A DNA stretch of 64,000 nt from Neovahlkampfia damariscottae (lineage: Eukaryota): contig JABLTG010000031.1 of NCBI GenBank assembly GCA_016618085.1, positions 1 to 64,000 on the forward strand, written 5' to 3'. Made by a program: the position numbers and the translations under genes. The stretch's first letter is position 1. Every line of letters begins with the position of its first letter. Below are positions 44,866-59,050 of this stretch, piece after piece. The notes below the pieces were generated by a model. It did no database searches, was not told the origin of the DNA, and saw only the letters and a program-made list of their open reading frames with translations.

Positions 44866-46297
44866 ATGAGTGATTTTGAAGAACTTATTGAAGAGGTCCA
44901 TAAAAAAGACAAAGAATCATTGAAAATTATTCACGGATTTGTTTTAAATATTTTCACCTTCAATGATCAACCTTCGCAGAAAATTTCTGTGACAAAAAAA
45001 AATGTTCAAGAACATATTGTACCAGTTGAACCAGCAATAAGATTAATGGAAAAACTAAAATTTGTTAAATCAAAAACACTTTGAACTACCAAACAGATGA
45101 GTTTCAAAAACTTTGAAAAAGTTTATTCAGCTTTCAATGAAGCAATGAAAAAACATCACACCAAGCAAAAGTTAGCCAAACAAGAAGAAAAAATACGTTC
45201 TATAATTTCAAGAGAATCTGATGATCCAAAAGAAGAAGACTTTACAGAAGAAGTTAAAGCCACAGCCTATGGAAGAGAATTATATCAAGCATTCAAACAT
45301 AATCAACAGTGTAAGAAGTTTTTTAAAATATCAGAAAAGCATTAGATTCTTTTTGTGAAGCATTTTTAATTAATGATATTATGTCATCAATTCAACCTGA
45401 AGAATTCAAAACATTAAGCGATTTTGTTCAAAAAAATAGTTCAAATACAGACTTTTATGTGATAGTTTTTGTTTTTCGAATGGCAATTGGAAACCCAGCG
45501 ATGATGAAACAGACACTTGGTTATTTTGATTTCTTAGTAGCACAAAAGACAGCTTTCACTTTACATTTATTGAAATTAAAAGCTTCATATTGTGCAATAT
45601 TGAGAGATTGGAAAAATGCATTCAAGCATTGAACCTATACGCTGAAATTGGTTCAAAAGATGATGTCCTTAGTGAATTTGGTATGGCATATATGCAAATA
45701 CGTGATTATAAAAAATCATTTAAATACTTAACTGATTATGTCAATAAATCTGAATGGTGTGAAAAATCAAGAGTTAATGCACATTACAAATTAGCTTATC
45801 ATTACTTATGCTTTGAAGAAGATTGTGATTCACCAAAAAATCCAGAAAAAAACTGTGAAAGTTTCATATTTCACATGAGGTGTGGGATGATCGCAGAAAA
45901 TTATCAACTGCCAGTCTCAAATCCTTTTAATTCTTCAACTGACCAAATTGCTTCATTTTGTTTCAATCAATATTTACTTCAATCAGAAAATATTTGCAAC
46001 TTTTGTGGTAAAAAATCAAAGACAAAATGTTCAATTTGTTATTGTGCTTGGTATTGCTCAGAAGAATGCCAAAAAGAGGATTGGAAAACTCATAAATTGA
46101 TGTGTATTTCTCATGAAAAACCAATGAAAATGACAAGTGTAATAGAAAAAGGAGAATGTAAATCAGAGTTTCAAAGGTTAATGCAACTCGAAACAAACAA
46201 GACTGTTCAACAACTTTCCATTAAATGTATTCCAAAATTGAAATTAAGATTCGAAAAAATACTTGAAACTATTGGAGAACCAACAAAGAAACAATGA
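44866..46297 (+). CDS. TPR-like + MYND zinc-finger protein (2 introns; apparent 1-nt frameshift near 45612)
   Basis: CNFCGKKSKTKCSICYCAWYCSEECQKEDWKTHKLMC; helical TPR-like region; the frame change lies in an A-run. Confidence 0.75.
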
Positions 46298-46446
46298 TTC
46301 AAATTTCCAACCCTGGTCAAAATATCGAAAAAAATGGAAATACAAACTCAAAAAAAAAATCAATAAAATCAAATAGAAATTGACCAATCATTTTCCTAAC
46401 GCTATAAATAACTGAAACTTCAAAGATAAATCTACTCAAACGAACC

Positions 46447-47670
46447 ATGAATTCAAAAGTCAAACAACCAGTCCTTCCTTTTAATACTCAAATTCCAAGA
46501 TGGTAGGAACACAAAAACTGACTGAACGAATAGGGTGTACAATCATTGGTCAATGTATTACTTAATATGTCTTTTTCCAATATTTTATTTTATTTTGTTC
46601 ATATTATCATCAATATTTACCGAACATTCACTCAAATTTATGTTATTGATTCCATTGTTTACCTTCATTGTTTTGCCAGTAGTTGATCAATTAACCAAAG
46701 ACTATTATATTGAATATAAAGATCCAAACTACAAAGAAAAAAGAATACAACATGAAGAAACAAATAATTGGTTTTTTTATTATAAATCAGCTTTGTATGT
46801 CTTCAGTGGGTTAGAGATTTTGAACTTTACTTTTTCATTGTACCTTGTAAAGGAAATTCAAATTTCAACATCCATTTTTTGGTTAATATCATTTAATAGT
46901 GGATTGATAACTGCTATTTCAATGACAATAGCTCATGAACTCTATCACAAAGTTTCAAAAATTGACAAATTTGTTGGATTGCTTTTATTATCATTAGGAT
47001 CATATTCTCATTTTTATCTTCGTATGATTGTTTTTTCTAATTTTTTGTAGAACATTTATTTTGTCATCATAAATTTGTTGCAACTGAAAAAGATCCAAAT
47101 ACAGCAAAATATAACGAAACAGTTTATGAATTCGTTCCTAGATCGATCATTGGTGGATACATACAAAGTTGGAGAATTGAAGCAACACGTTTAAAAGGGT
47201 CAAATTTTTATAATATCTTCGAAAATAGAATGATTTTATCAACTTTAGTAACCATTGTTGTACCGATTATCATTTGGAAATTATTTTCATTTCAATCATT
47301 CATTTTTTTCATTACTCAAGCTATAATCTCAATTATATTTTCGGAATTAGTTAATTATATTGAACACTACGGTTTAGAAAGAAAATTTCAACCAGAAAAA
47401 AACAAATTCGAAAATGTAAATTTTCAACACTCTTGGGATGCGCCATATAGGTTCTCTTGTTACTTATCATCCAATATTTTACTCCATGCTGATCATCACA
47501 TGAATTGTTTGAAGGAATATGAAAAATTAACAGCTATTGAAGGATCACCAATCATGCCTTATACTTATATGACCATGATGATTTTATCTTTGTATCCAAA
47601 ATTATATTTTTCAATTGTCAATCCTCATCTTGATGAATATAAAAAGAATTTCGAGAAAAAATGTAAATAA
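46447..47670 (+). CDS. AlkB-type membrane di-iron alkane 1-monooxygenase-like protein (2 introns)
   Basis: His boxes AHELYHK, QHLFCHHKFVATEKDPNTA, NYIEHYGLER, HSWD, HADHH; multiple TM helices. Confidence 0.88.
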
Positions 47671-47751
47671 AAAATGTGATTTGTTCTGATTTGTTAGATT
47701 AATTAACCAATAGAATTCCAGCGGAAAAACGAGAAGAAGAAAAACTAAAAA

Positions 47752-49171
47752 ATGTTTACTTCAAAAAAAAATTATCTTTTGATAGTTCCATTGATATTTA
47801 TCTTGTTATTCTTTTCAGAAAAATTTTTAATTTTTCAATTAAAAGTTAAAAAAAAAAAATTGTCTTTTGAAAAATGTCGAAACACAAATTTGAAAAGAGA
47901 TTTTAAAAAAGACCCAATATTGGTAGTTGTTCCAAAAATGCCTGCAAATGATTTCCACAACAGATTTTCAGCAGAAATGTTAGAAGAGAATAATTATCGT
48001 TCAGAATGTGATGTAAAATGTTTATACACCAATAAAATTGATAATCATACATTAACTAGAGCAGATGGTTTCCTCACTTATCAAGATACTCAATTCAAAT
48101 ATCCTACAACTTGTAGTCATCAAAAAACGATTATTTTGACCATGGAAAACGTTGAACATCCAGGTTTTGATATAACTATAGATACAAGACCCACTAGTGA
48201 TATAACAGCAGGTTATTATAATCATCATGAATATGATTTATTCAAAAAACCAGAAAAAAAAAGTAAAAAAAAAAATAATTAATTTTTCGTCAAAAGAGGA
48301 TTCTCCAATTGCAACTGCTTTTATTTCAAATTGTAAATTTGAGGTAACTACTCCAAGGTTACAAATTTTGAAAGGATTATTGGATTTAGATATGCCTATT
48401 GCATCATTTGGAAAATGTTTGAATACAGCCAAAGAACCAATGGATATCAAGGATCCAAAAGAGAGGAAAATGAAATTATTGGCTCAACATAAATTCAATT
48501 TATGTTTTGAAAATTCTCATGCAAAAGGTTACATCACTGAAAAATATTGGCAGGCCTTGGTTGCAGGAACTGTTCCAGTTGTTTTGGGTGCCCCTGATAT
48601 TAGAAAATATCAACCAAGTCCAAATTCAATTATTGTCGTTGATGAAAACACAAACTTAAAAGATTTAGCTCATTTCTTGACTTCTCTTGGGAATAACGAA
48701 AAAGAGTATAACAAAATGTTAGAATGGAAAAGAACTGGACCGACAGATCAATTTCTATCAATTGTTGATGATTCTTCAGTTTCTTATTATTGTAGATTAT
48801 GTATTAAATTAGCAGATTCATATCAAGAAATCAAAAATGATAAATTCATTTTAATCAGAGAAAGAAATACCTTTTATTAGTAAAAAACACAAAAATTCTA
48901 ACAAAGAAGCAAAAAATTAAAATTTAATGAAAGAACGACAAAGTTTAAAGAATTCAAAAATTCAATTTTAAAATTATTTGAACATTATCATCCAACTTGG
49001 ATTAAAGATCGACCAGATCCTGAATTTCAAAAAACGAAAGAATTGAACATTTATAGAATTATTTATTCAGGTACAAATTTTCAAGAAGCTTTTTTTGGTG
49101 ATTCAATAGACAATGACAAAAAAGTTTCAAAATTAAAATTAGGCACAAAATTAGAAGTAATTTTTACTTAA
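47752..49171 (+). CDS. GT10 alpha-1,3-fucosyltransferase, paralog 2 (2 introns)
   Basis: TAFISNC; HKFNLCFENSHAKGYITEKYWQALVAGTVPVVLGAPDI; CRLCIKLA; IRERNTF; C-terminal KLEVIFT. Confidence 0.92.
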
Positions 49172-49176
49172 ATTTT

Positions 49177-50082
49177 TTACAAATCAAAATCTTCAATCAT
49201 CATTTCATCATGAGAAAAATGAAAATTCAAATTTTTTTCATTCGTTTCGTCATCTTCTTCATTGAAAAATTCATTTTCTGAAGTAAAAAATTTTGACTTG
49301 AAACTTTCTTTTGATTGAGAATAGCATGAAAAAAATAAAATTTTTTTCAATTTTTTGTTCACAAAGAAATAAGTAAAAGACCATATTCTACCATCAATAT
49401 CTTCCATTGGATCAGATTCTTCATCAGGTGTAAATTCAAACACTTCACATTCTTTTAAAGTCATTTCTGTTTCAATTGAACTCCATAATAGAATTCTTTC
49501 TTCTTCTGTGAATGAGTCTCTTAATGAAAGATTAATTGAGTTGATTATATGTTCAATCTTCATAACTCTTGTAAAATCCTTATTTCCACAATATCTAAAA
49601 TCATGATCGATGTAAATATGATTTAATAATGAAATTAAATCGATTAAAGTGTTTGAGTTAACTTCTAAATGTTGATTCCCTGACAACAAAAAAGAATAAA
49701 AAAAAAATTTTTTTTTACCTGGTGTAAAAGGACTCATCGGAGATGTTGGTGATAAAACAGCATATTGTTGTTGTTTATGTAAACTATCTTTTGAAAAAGG
49801 TATATCTTCGGAGCGCGTTGGTGAGGTATGACTACGGAACTTTTCTTTGAGTTCCTTACTCAATATTTTATCCGATTTTGATTTTTTACCTAGTTTTTGA
49901 TTTTTTTTTAATTTTTTAATATAAATTTACATGAATAAAGTTCCACTTTTCCCGAAACTATCAAGCTTCCTGAATTTATGACACCGTCGTCTAATCTATT
50001 AAGATTGTGGTTAATATCGATGTTGTTTTTTATTTTACCTTGAATTAAATCTATTTATCTCGTAATTCTCTAAGAATTTCAT
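49177..50082 (-). CDS. MAF1: RNA polymerase III repressor MAF1 (introns)
   Basis: MKFLE..., GKVELYSC|K..SDK, TLIDLISLLNHIYIDHDF, IWSFTYFFVNKKLKKILFF. Confidence 0.9.
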
Positions 50083-50475
50083 TGTTGTTTTACACTGTGA
50101 GCAATACCGTTGGAAAGAAGAAATCGAGTTTGAAAAAGCGTTTCATTTGTCAGTATTTATAGTTGACCAATCAAATACATCAACTGTTTTGACGTTGAAT
50201 ACCGGAGGATACGGAGAAGGAAAGTTTCAAAAATGACAAATTTTGTTGAAAATATTACTTATTTTTTTCAACAGTTACATCAATTTGGAAAAAAATATCC
50301 AAATCACATTTGTTGAAAAAGAACATCTCTTTATTCTTCTTTTCAAAAAAATTAAATTCGTTGTGCAATAGTAACGTGCAAAAGGGTGAAAAATGGTTTT
50401 TTTTTTTTGTGAATTTTTATTGTGTAGTGTTTGAGTGAGGTGAGTGAATAGTGTATGTGGTGGGTGAAAAAAAAA

Positions 50476-52080
50476 TTAGAATTTAAATCCTCCTTGAGGA
50501 GTATTAATATTTGAACCGAATTGAAATTCATTTTGATTCATTGACAAGTCATCTTGTTCTACTCCAAAATAATTTTCCAAAATTCTCATTACTTTTTCAT
50601 AAATTTCTTGATCTTCATGTTGTTGTAATTCTTCAATTTTTTCAATACCACCTGCTTCTTCAATCATTTCAAGGTATTTATTCTCGCCATTATCTTCTGC
50701 ATCTTTTTCACCAGCTTGAAGAATATTATCAATAGCTTCTAAAGCAACATTGATAACTTTTGTATCTTTGACTGTTAATAAATCACAGAATGGTTTCAAA
50801 ATTCCTCTTGTAACCAAGTATTTGATTTGTTTAGAAGTTCCTCCTGAAGTTGCATTTGACAATGCCCAAGCAGCTTCTTTTCTAACATCAAAATCTTCTT
50901 TTTGTAAAATGATTATAAGTGGTGGAATCAAGTTTGCTTCAATAACAGATTGAATTTGATCTCTGTTTCCAGCTGTAATATTTGAAATTGTCCAACAAGT
51001 TTCTTTTCTAATACTTTTTTTTGTATGACTTAACAAAGTTCCGAGACATGTCAAAGCACCACATGTAATAACAGTTGCTGTTTGTGAATCTGTACCTGTG
51101 ACAATGTTTCCAATTGTACGAAGTGCAGGTGTTTGAACTGTACTTTGATGGAATAACAATAATTCTACTAATCTTGGTACAACATTGGAATCAATAACTG
51201 ATTGAATTCTATCATTTGGACCATCAGATAAATATGAAATTGCCCAACAAGCATCAGTCAATACTTCTTCATCTTCATGATACAATAAATGTGATAAAAG
51301 TTTAAGAGCAGGTTGTACTAATTTGAAATCTGGAATTGGTTTTCCACGACATAAATTTGAAAGTGTCCATGTTGCATTTCTATTTTTTTTTAATTTTTTT
51401 TTTTCTTTTACCTCAACAAGGAAATTTTTGGATTTTCTGTAATTAATTTGATCAAAGCAGGTAAAGCACCAAGTTGAAGTACATAATTTCTACATTTTGG
51501 TGAGTCTCCAGCGATATTTCCAAGTGCCCATACTGATTGTTCTCTAACTTCATCATTTTTCAAAGAAAGAAGTTGAATGAAAGTAGATACAGCACCTGCT
51601 TGAATAACTTTTTCTGTATGTTCAGAGGTACCAGAAGCAATATTTGTAAGAGCCCAAGCAGCTTCAAATTGAAGTTGAGGAAAATTAACGCATTGAAGGT
51701 ATTGAACAAAAATTGGAATACAACCAATTTTTATAACATCATCAATAGGTGGATTTCTTTCTATAGAAAAAAGTTACTTTTTTTTTGAACTTGAACTTAC
51801 CCATGGAAAGTAATTTACGGAATTGAACTGTGGCTTCGAGTTGTTTTTTTGGATCTTCTGATTTTAAAAGTAACATAAGTGATGGCAAATTTTGAAGTTT
51901 TTGACTAAGTTGTGGATCTGAAGAAACCTCTGAACTTCCTTCATTTCTCATTTTTTTTACTAAATTTTCTTTTTTTTGTTTTCTGAGTGTATTTTGTTTT
52001 TCCTCCATCTTTCTACGAGTATCCTCCTTGGATAAAGTAGATTTTAAGTTTTTACGTGTACCTTGTTGACCTGAGTACAT
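50476..52080 (-). CDS. KPNA: Importin subunit alpha (2 introns)
   Basis: IBB-like [81 protein letters not shown]. Confidence 0.96.
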
Positions 52081-52317
52081 TTTCCTTCAATTTAAATTGC
52101 GCCAGAAATAGTTGAATATAATTGGGCAAAAAAAGAATCTTTTTGAAGACCTTCGACCAATAATTGGGAATAACCGAATTTTTTTCCGTTTTTTTAAAAA
52201 AAATCAAACATGACTTGTATTTTTTTGAACCTTTTTAAAATTGAACCCGGAGAAAATTAATTGGACAAAAAAAAAATCATCATTTTTGGACAAATAAATC
52301 TCCGTTGAACAAACAAA

Positions 52318-53898
52318 ATGTCAGATTCACAAGAAAAATGTTTAGTTGTTGGTGGCGGTCTTGTTGGTGCTTTACAATCTATATACCTCGCAAAAAGAGG
52401 ATACAAAGTTAAAATTTATGAGAGATCTGAAGACGTAAAATTGAAACTGATATTAAACTATTTTAAAAAAGTCCAGAAAATCAAATAATTATGGCGGAAG
52501 ATCAATCAATTTAGCTTTAAGTAATCGGGGTTTTAATGCATTAGAAAAAGCAGTTGATTCAAAAGAAATTCTTGACAAAGTCCAAGAAGCAGGAGTAAAA
52601 GTATTTTCTAGATATATTCATCAGTAATAGATTTATTTAATTTCTAACTTTTCTTAGCAAAGATGGAAGTGAATCAAAATCAAATTACGGAAAAGATGAA
52701 ACGGAATTTATTCTTTCAATTGACAGACAACTCTTGAATCAAATATTAATAACAAAAGCGGAAGAAGAAAAAGTTGAAGTAAAATTTAATCAAAAATTGA
52801 TCACTATGGATTTAAGAACTCCAAAATGTACCTTTTTTGATTTACAACAAAAAAAACAAAATGTTGTAAGAAAAGATGATTTAAAAAAAATTAGGTTGAA
52901 ACTGATATTTTATTTGGTTGTGATGGTGCTCATTCTATGGTTAGAAGTCAATTACAAAAATGGATTAGAGGGTTTGAAATTGAACAAAGATATATGACAC
53001 ACTCATATAAAGAACTTACAATTCCACCAACAAAAGAAAATGAATTTGCATTGACATCACCAAATTCACTTCATATTTGGCCAAGAGGTGATTTTATGTT
53101 AATGGCTCTTCCAAATAAATCAAAAAATTTTACAGTCACTTTATTCATGGTAAAAATAATGAAAAAATGATTAATTTTTAAAGAGAAATGAAGATTTTGA
53201 AAAATTGGATACAAATGAAAAAGTGTTGAAATTTTTTGAAACTGAATTTTCTGATGTTGTAAAGGTAATGCCAACACTTTTAGAAGATTGGAAGAAAAAT
53301 CCAACAAGTGGTTTAATGTATACAAAATGTTATCCATTTCATGAATCTGATAAAACTATTCTTTTAGGAGATGCTGCTCATCCAATTATTCCATTTTATG
53401 GACAAGGTGTAAATTGTGGATTTGAAGATTGTTTCAAGTTGGATGAATTGTTAACAAAATATAATGGTGATAAAAAGAAAGCATTTGAAGAATATTCAAA
53501 AACTAGAAAACCAAATACAGATGCTATTTCAGATTTATCTCACATGAACTTTATTGAAGTAATTTTTGATTAATTTTTAATTATTTTCAAATTAGATGTC
53601 AGATAAAACAGGTTCACGTTTATTTTTAATCAAAAAGAAAATTGGTATATTTTTGAATTCTATTATGCCAACATTCAAACCTTTATACTCAATGGTTGCT
53701 TTTTCACCTCAAATTGGATATAGAGAAGCATTAGATACACACAGAAGACAAGAATCTATTATTTCAAATGTTATTAATTTTAGTTTACTTGGTTTAACAG
53801 GTGCTTCAATTTATCTTTTATCTGAACATTTATTACCAAAAGATAATTTTCTTCACAAAAATTTTGAAAAGATCAAAAAATATTTCAAAAAAGAATAA
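52318..53898 (+). CDS. KMO: Kynurenine 3-monooxygenase (5 introns)
   Basis: VVGGGLVGAL, GRSINLALSNRG, GCDGAHS, HSYKELTIPP, LHIWPRGDFMLMALPN, LGDAAHPIIPFYGQGVNCGFED, PLYSMVAFS. Confidence 0.95.
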
Positions 53899-53906
53899 AA
53901 CAATAT

Positions 53907-54670
53907 TTAAAGATAAGAAAAGTATTTCTTATGTGATTTATTTAATTTAATTAATTTTAAAATTTCATTCTCTGACAAATTTTCAATTTCTTCATTTTTA
54001 TACAATTTTGATTTAACCATTGATTCTTTTAATATTTTTAGAAATTCATCATCCATTTCATTTTGTTTTGAATTTTCTAAATATTTTTCAAATCCTTTTT
54101 CAATTATTCTTTCACTTAATTCTTGATTCATAATTTGTTCCGCGCATGAAAAATTTCGAGGAGCATAAAAATATCTTCCAAAACAAAATCCAAAAACTGA
54201 ACCACCAAAAAAATAATTCTTTACATTTCCAATAGTGAATCTTTGAAATGCTTTTAAAAAAAAATTAATTTTAAAAATATTTACGTTTCGCAGCTGGAAT
54301 ACACAATCCAAAAAAACCAAAAGCAATTGCAAATCCAACTAAATTGTTTAAATTTAATATAAATTATACGTGAAATATTTCTTTTGTACAAAATACAATC
54401 AGGATAATGAGAAGTCACTTTTTTAATTTAATAAAAGAAAACAATTTTACGTTGACCTGATGTTTCTTTCCATTCATTTTCCATATAATCTCTCCACTCT
54501 TCTTTATGATCTCTACTTATAAATCTGTTATAATCTTTGACTAAACGATCAGGTAAAATTTTATCTTTCATTTGTTCTTTTGGTGAACTCAAATAACCAA
54601 TAACTGGATAAATGTAATAAGAATGATAATCATTTAATGATTTTTTTATTTTTTCAAAGTCAAACAACAT
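53907..54670 (-). CDS. Hypothetical membrane protein (multi-exon)
   Basis: Exons joined by short GT-AG introns; hydrophobic Gly-rich segments (GFAIAFGFFG, FFGGSVFGFCFG). Confidence 0.5.
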
Positions 54671-54829
54671 CACTTTTCTTTGTTCTTGTAAAGTCTTGAT
54701 AAAAAACGAAATTCAAATGATTGGTTAAAATCAAAATAGTTTAATTGGTCAGTGTTAAACACTATATATATAGTTTGATAAACAACCTGTCAGAAAAATA
54801 TTACATGAAATTTTATTGAATTAACCTTC

Positions 54830-55560
54830 TTATTCTTCAAAATCAGATTCATTCAAGTCATCTGTTTTGATAGATACATCATCTTCAGAGAATTCTTCAA
54901 CTTCGAATTCATAATCGTCTTCATCATAAAAATAATCATCTTCTAATAACGGTGTATTCTTCTTTTTTACAAGTTTTGGCATTTCAAAATCTTTTGGTAA
55001 TTCTTCAAGGGACAACTCAACCAATTTTTTGACTCTTTTATTGAAACCTTCTCTATCTTTTCTGAATTCAACAGAAGCATCAACATTCGCAGGTGATGAT
55101 ATATTTGGGTCACATATCATTGTAATAACACTCAATAAAATACTCTCTGGTGTTTGTACTGGAAGCCATCTCTCCTCAGGTCGTTCTCCTGAAAGAACAT
55201 CTTCACCAGGTGGCTAGATAAAATTAAAACTAAAAAAATCATTTTTTTTACATGTAAAATAGAAATACATACTTTTCCGTTTTCATAAACCTACATTTTT
55301 TTAATTGATTTTTTATTTACATTTGGATGCCAAAACTTTGATTTGAAAGTTAGCGTTGGTGGTTGATATGGATATCCTTCAGGAAACTTTAAGATTGCCT
55401 GAAATATACCACCTTCATACGCTGTTTCTGTTGGTCCAGCAATATAAACTATCCATTCATACATATCACTTTCATCAACTAAATCAATGGCAAAACCGAA
55501 GACAGGTTCTTTTTTTAAATTTTTGAATTGGTTCTGTAGTAATTTTTGTGAGGAAGACAT
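54830..55560 (-). CDS. Ubiquitin-conjugating enzyme E2, CDC34/UBE2G type with acidic tail (2 introns)
   Basis: YEGGIF..FPEGYPYQPP..FWHPN|VYENGKVCISILH|PPGED..ERWLPVQTPESILLSV..SPANVDAS; acidic loop insertion and acidic tail. Confidence 0.93.
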
Positions 55561-55723
55561 CAACTGCAAAAATACAACTCAACTTCAATTGTCCAATAAT
55601 AACAATTCAGAAAAATCGGAGCATTGAAAAAAACAAAATAACTTAAATTGGACAATTAAGATCAAAAAAATAAATTTCCTACTTTATGTTCCTTTGACCA
55701 ATTAAATTATTCCAACTAATTTG

Positions 55724-57376
55724 ATGAATACACGTGTACTTATACTTCTAATTTTTTATATGATCTATGTTCTGGGAGATGATCATTATGAAACTTTAGG
55801 AATACATAGAGGTGCAACAGAACGTGATATCAAAAGAGCTTATAAAAAATTAGCCATAAAATTTCATCCAGATCGAAATAAAGGAAATAAAGAGGCAGAA
55901 AAGAAATTCATCAAAGTATCTCACGCATATGACATTTTAAAAGATCCAAAAAAACGTGAAGAATATGATACGTATGGTCAAACACATGAAGAATTTCAAC
56001 AAAGAGGAGGACACCATGGAGGTGACTATGACCACTATTCATCACCGTTCAGTGATCACTATTATGGTCAATATAATCAAGGATTTGATCCATTTGAAAC
56101 TTTTAAACATTTTTTCAATGAAGAGCATCATGATGAAGAAGAGTATGATGAATTTGGAAATGAATTCAATCAAGCAACCAATGTTGAAGTAATGGAATTT
56201 AGTGAATTTGATGCTTTAGTTAACATGGGTACACATCCATTCTCACATCATCCACATTTAATATTTTTATTTTCTGGAAGTAATTTAACAAAAAAGTTCT
56301 AACTTTTTTAGTGAATTGTCATTCATGTTCAACTATATTACAGACTTTAGATAATATACATCATGGTTTAAGTTCATTTATCAATTTTAAAATGATCAAT
56401 ATTGAATTTCAAGAATGGATACCAAAAGAAATTAAAAATCTACCTTCCATCATTTATGTGAAAGAGTTTGAAAATATTTTTTTTAAAAAAATTCAAAAGT
56501 GGTAAAATAGTTGAATTTTCAGATGGTATGTTCTCAAGTCAAACTGTGTTAAATTTTATTCACAAAAATCTACCAAAGAGTGATTTAAAAAAACTCAGAA
56601 ATGAAATTGAAGTAAATTCATTTTTAAGATCAAAAAAGAATGAAATACGTGTTATCTTGTTTTCATTGAAAAAAGAACCTACAATTTTACAAAAAGAGAT
56701 TAATTTTGTTTTCAAAGATTATTTACATTTTCGACATTATTTTGTTCAATCAAAAAATGATCAAATTTTTAAAACATTTAAACAATTGAAATATCAAACA
56801 TTACCAACTATATATATTAAAAATGAAGATAATGATCCAATTTGGCATGATAAAGTTGATAAAGAAATATTATTTGAATTATTTGGTCAACATGGAATTG
56901 AAGAAATTCCAAAAATGAAATCAATTAATATGTTAAATGACTACTGTTTTTATGATGATTATTGTTTTATTTATTCGACAAAATCGAAAAATGTTGAAAA
57001 AAAAACAAAAGAAATTTTGAAATCTTTGAAAAATAAAAAAAACAGAATTTCAATTATTTTGAATCAAAAGAATGAAAATTCCGAAAATTTATATGAAAAA
57101 TTAAAATCAATTTTGAAAATTAAAAAGAAACACTTTTTTGTTTGTTTGAATTTAAAGAGAAAAGAATTTAAAATTTTTAATGATCCAGAATTCAATTCAT
57201 TTCAATTAAAAGATTGGATGGATAAGGTGAAGAATCAAGAATTTCAAAAATTTCAAAGTAATTCTTTTATGAATGAAGACTTCAAAAAAAATTCTTTTTT
57301 GAGAAGATATTCACCTTTGATTATTTCATTTTCATTTTTTATTTTCGTTGTTCTGTTAAGAGTTTTGACAAAATAA
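55724..57376 (+). CDS. ER DnaJ protein with thioredoxin-like domain(s) and C-terminal TM (DNAJC16-like; 2 introns)
   Basis: Signal peptide; J-domain DHYETLG..KFHPDRN; CHSC; C-terminal hydrophobic helix. Confidence 0.85.
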
Positions 57377-57537
57377 ACTTTCATGTTAAATTAAATTGGT
57401 AATTTTGTTAAATTGATTGTGTTGAAAATGTTAAAAAATTGTTAAAAAAAAACGACCAATCAAAACAATCAACCAATAAAACATTTGGCGCTTGTATTCA
57501 ACCAAACAAAAAAAAAAACGAAAGAAAGAGAAAAGAG

Positions 57538-58874
57538 ATGTCGCAAAACAAAAATAATGATCAAATGGAAGAAGAGGAAATCGAATCCTTGGAAGAAAAA
57601 AATATAAATGAGGAATATAAAATTTGGAAAAAAAACTCAGCGTTTTTATATGACTTGGTACTTACTCATGCTCTTGAATGGCCAAGTTTAACTGTCGAAT
57701 GGTTACCTTTCAAAGAAGAATTCCAAGAAAAAGAATGTTCAGAACAAAAGATTCTATTAGGTACTCATACATCACAAGGAGAACAAAATTATTTGATGAT
57801 TGGAAAAGTTGTTTTACCTTTAGAAGATACAGAAGTAGATGTTAAAAAATATGATTCAAAAAGAAATGAAGTTGGTGGTTTTGGTACTGGTTCTTCTTCA
57901 AAAGCAAAAATTGAAATAATACAAAGAATTAATCATGATGGAGAAGTAAATAAAGCAAGATATTGTCCACAAATGCCAACTTTAATTGCTTCTAAATCAC
58001 CTTCACCAACAATTTATATTTTTGATTATACCAAACATTCAAGTTCACCTTCAAATGATATCTGTCAACCACAATTAAAATTAAAAGGACATAAAAAAGG
58101 TATTCAAAAAAATCATCAATTTTTATCTTTTTAATAGATGGTTATGGTTTAAGTTGGAATCCAAAAATTAAAGGTAGATTATTAAGTGGAAGTGATGATG
58201 GAATTATTTGTTTATGGGATGTTGAAGATAAAACAAAAAATGGTGTTGAATTAAATTCAATTCAATCATTCGTTGAACATTCAGATATTGTTGAAGATGT
58301 TTGTTGGAATAAGTTTCATGATTCAATTTTTGGTTCAGTTTCAGATGATAAAACAATTAGAATTTGGGATACCAGAAAAGGTGAAAAATCAACAAACAAA
58401 ATACAAGGAATTCATAAAAATGAAATCAATTCAATTGATTTTTCACCGTTCAATGAATTTTTATTCATCACAGGATCAGGTGATAAAACAACAAAAATTT
58501 GGGATATGAGAAATCCAAAGACAGATTTACATACTTTAGAAGCACATACTGATGAAATTTTTACAGTTTCTTTTTCACCATTCAATGAAACTATTTTATC
58601 TTCATCTGGATCTGATCGTAGAGTTATGATTTGGGATTTAGCAAGAATTGGAATGGATCAATCATCAGAAGATGCGGAAGATGGTCCTCCTGAATTATTA
58701 TTTATTCATGGTGGTCATACTTCAAAAATTTCAGATTTTTCATGGAATCCAAATAAAGGTGAAGATTGGATGGCAATTTCATCTGCTGAAGATAATGTGA
58801 TTCAAGTTTGGCAAATGGCTGAAAATATTTATCAAGACCAAGATGATTTAATTGATGATTCATTTTTAATTTAA
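57538..58874 (+). CDS. RBBP4: Histone-binding WD40 protein RBBP4/MSI1 (1 intron)
   Basis: INEEYKIWKKNSAFLYDLVLTHALEWPSLTVEW; INHDGEVNKARY; DAEDGPPELLFIHGGHTSKISDFSWN. Confidence 0.97.
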
Positions 58875-59050
58875 TTATTAAATATTTTCATTTTTAATAT
58901 TAACCTTTTCTATCCAAAATTAAATTTTTAATTTTTTTTTTTTTTTTGGTGTTCTCAATTCAAAAAACGATTTTTTTTTTCAACCAATAAAAAATTTTCC
59001 GTTGGAAAAGTCGTTCGTGAAGAAGTAACGTCAAAAAAAATAGAAAGAAA

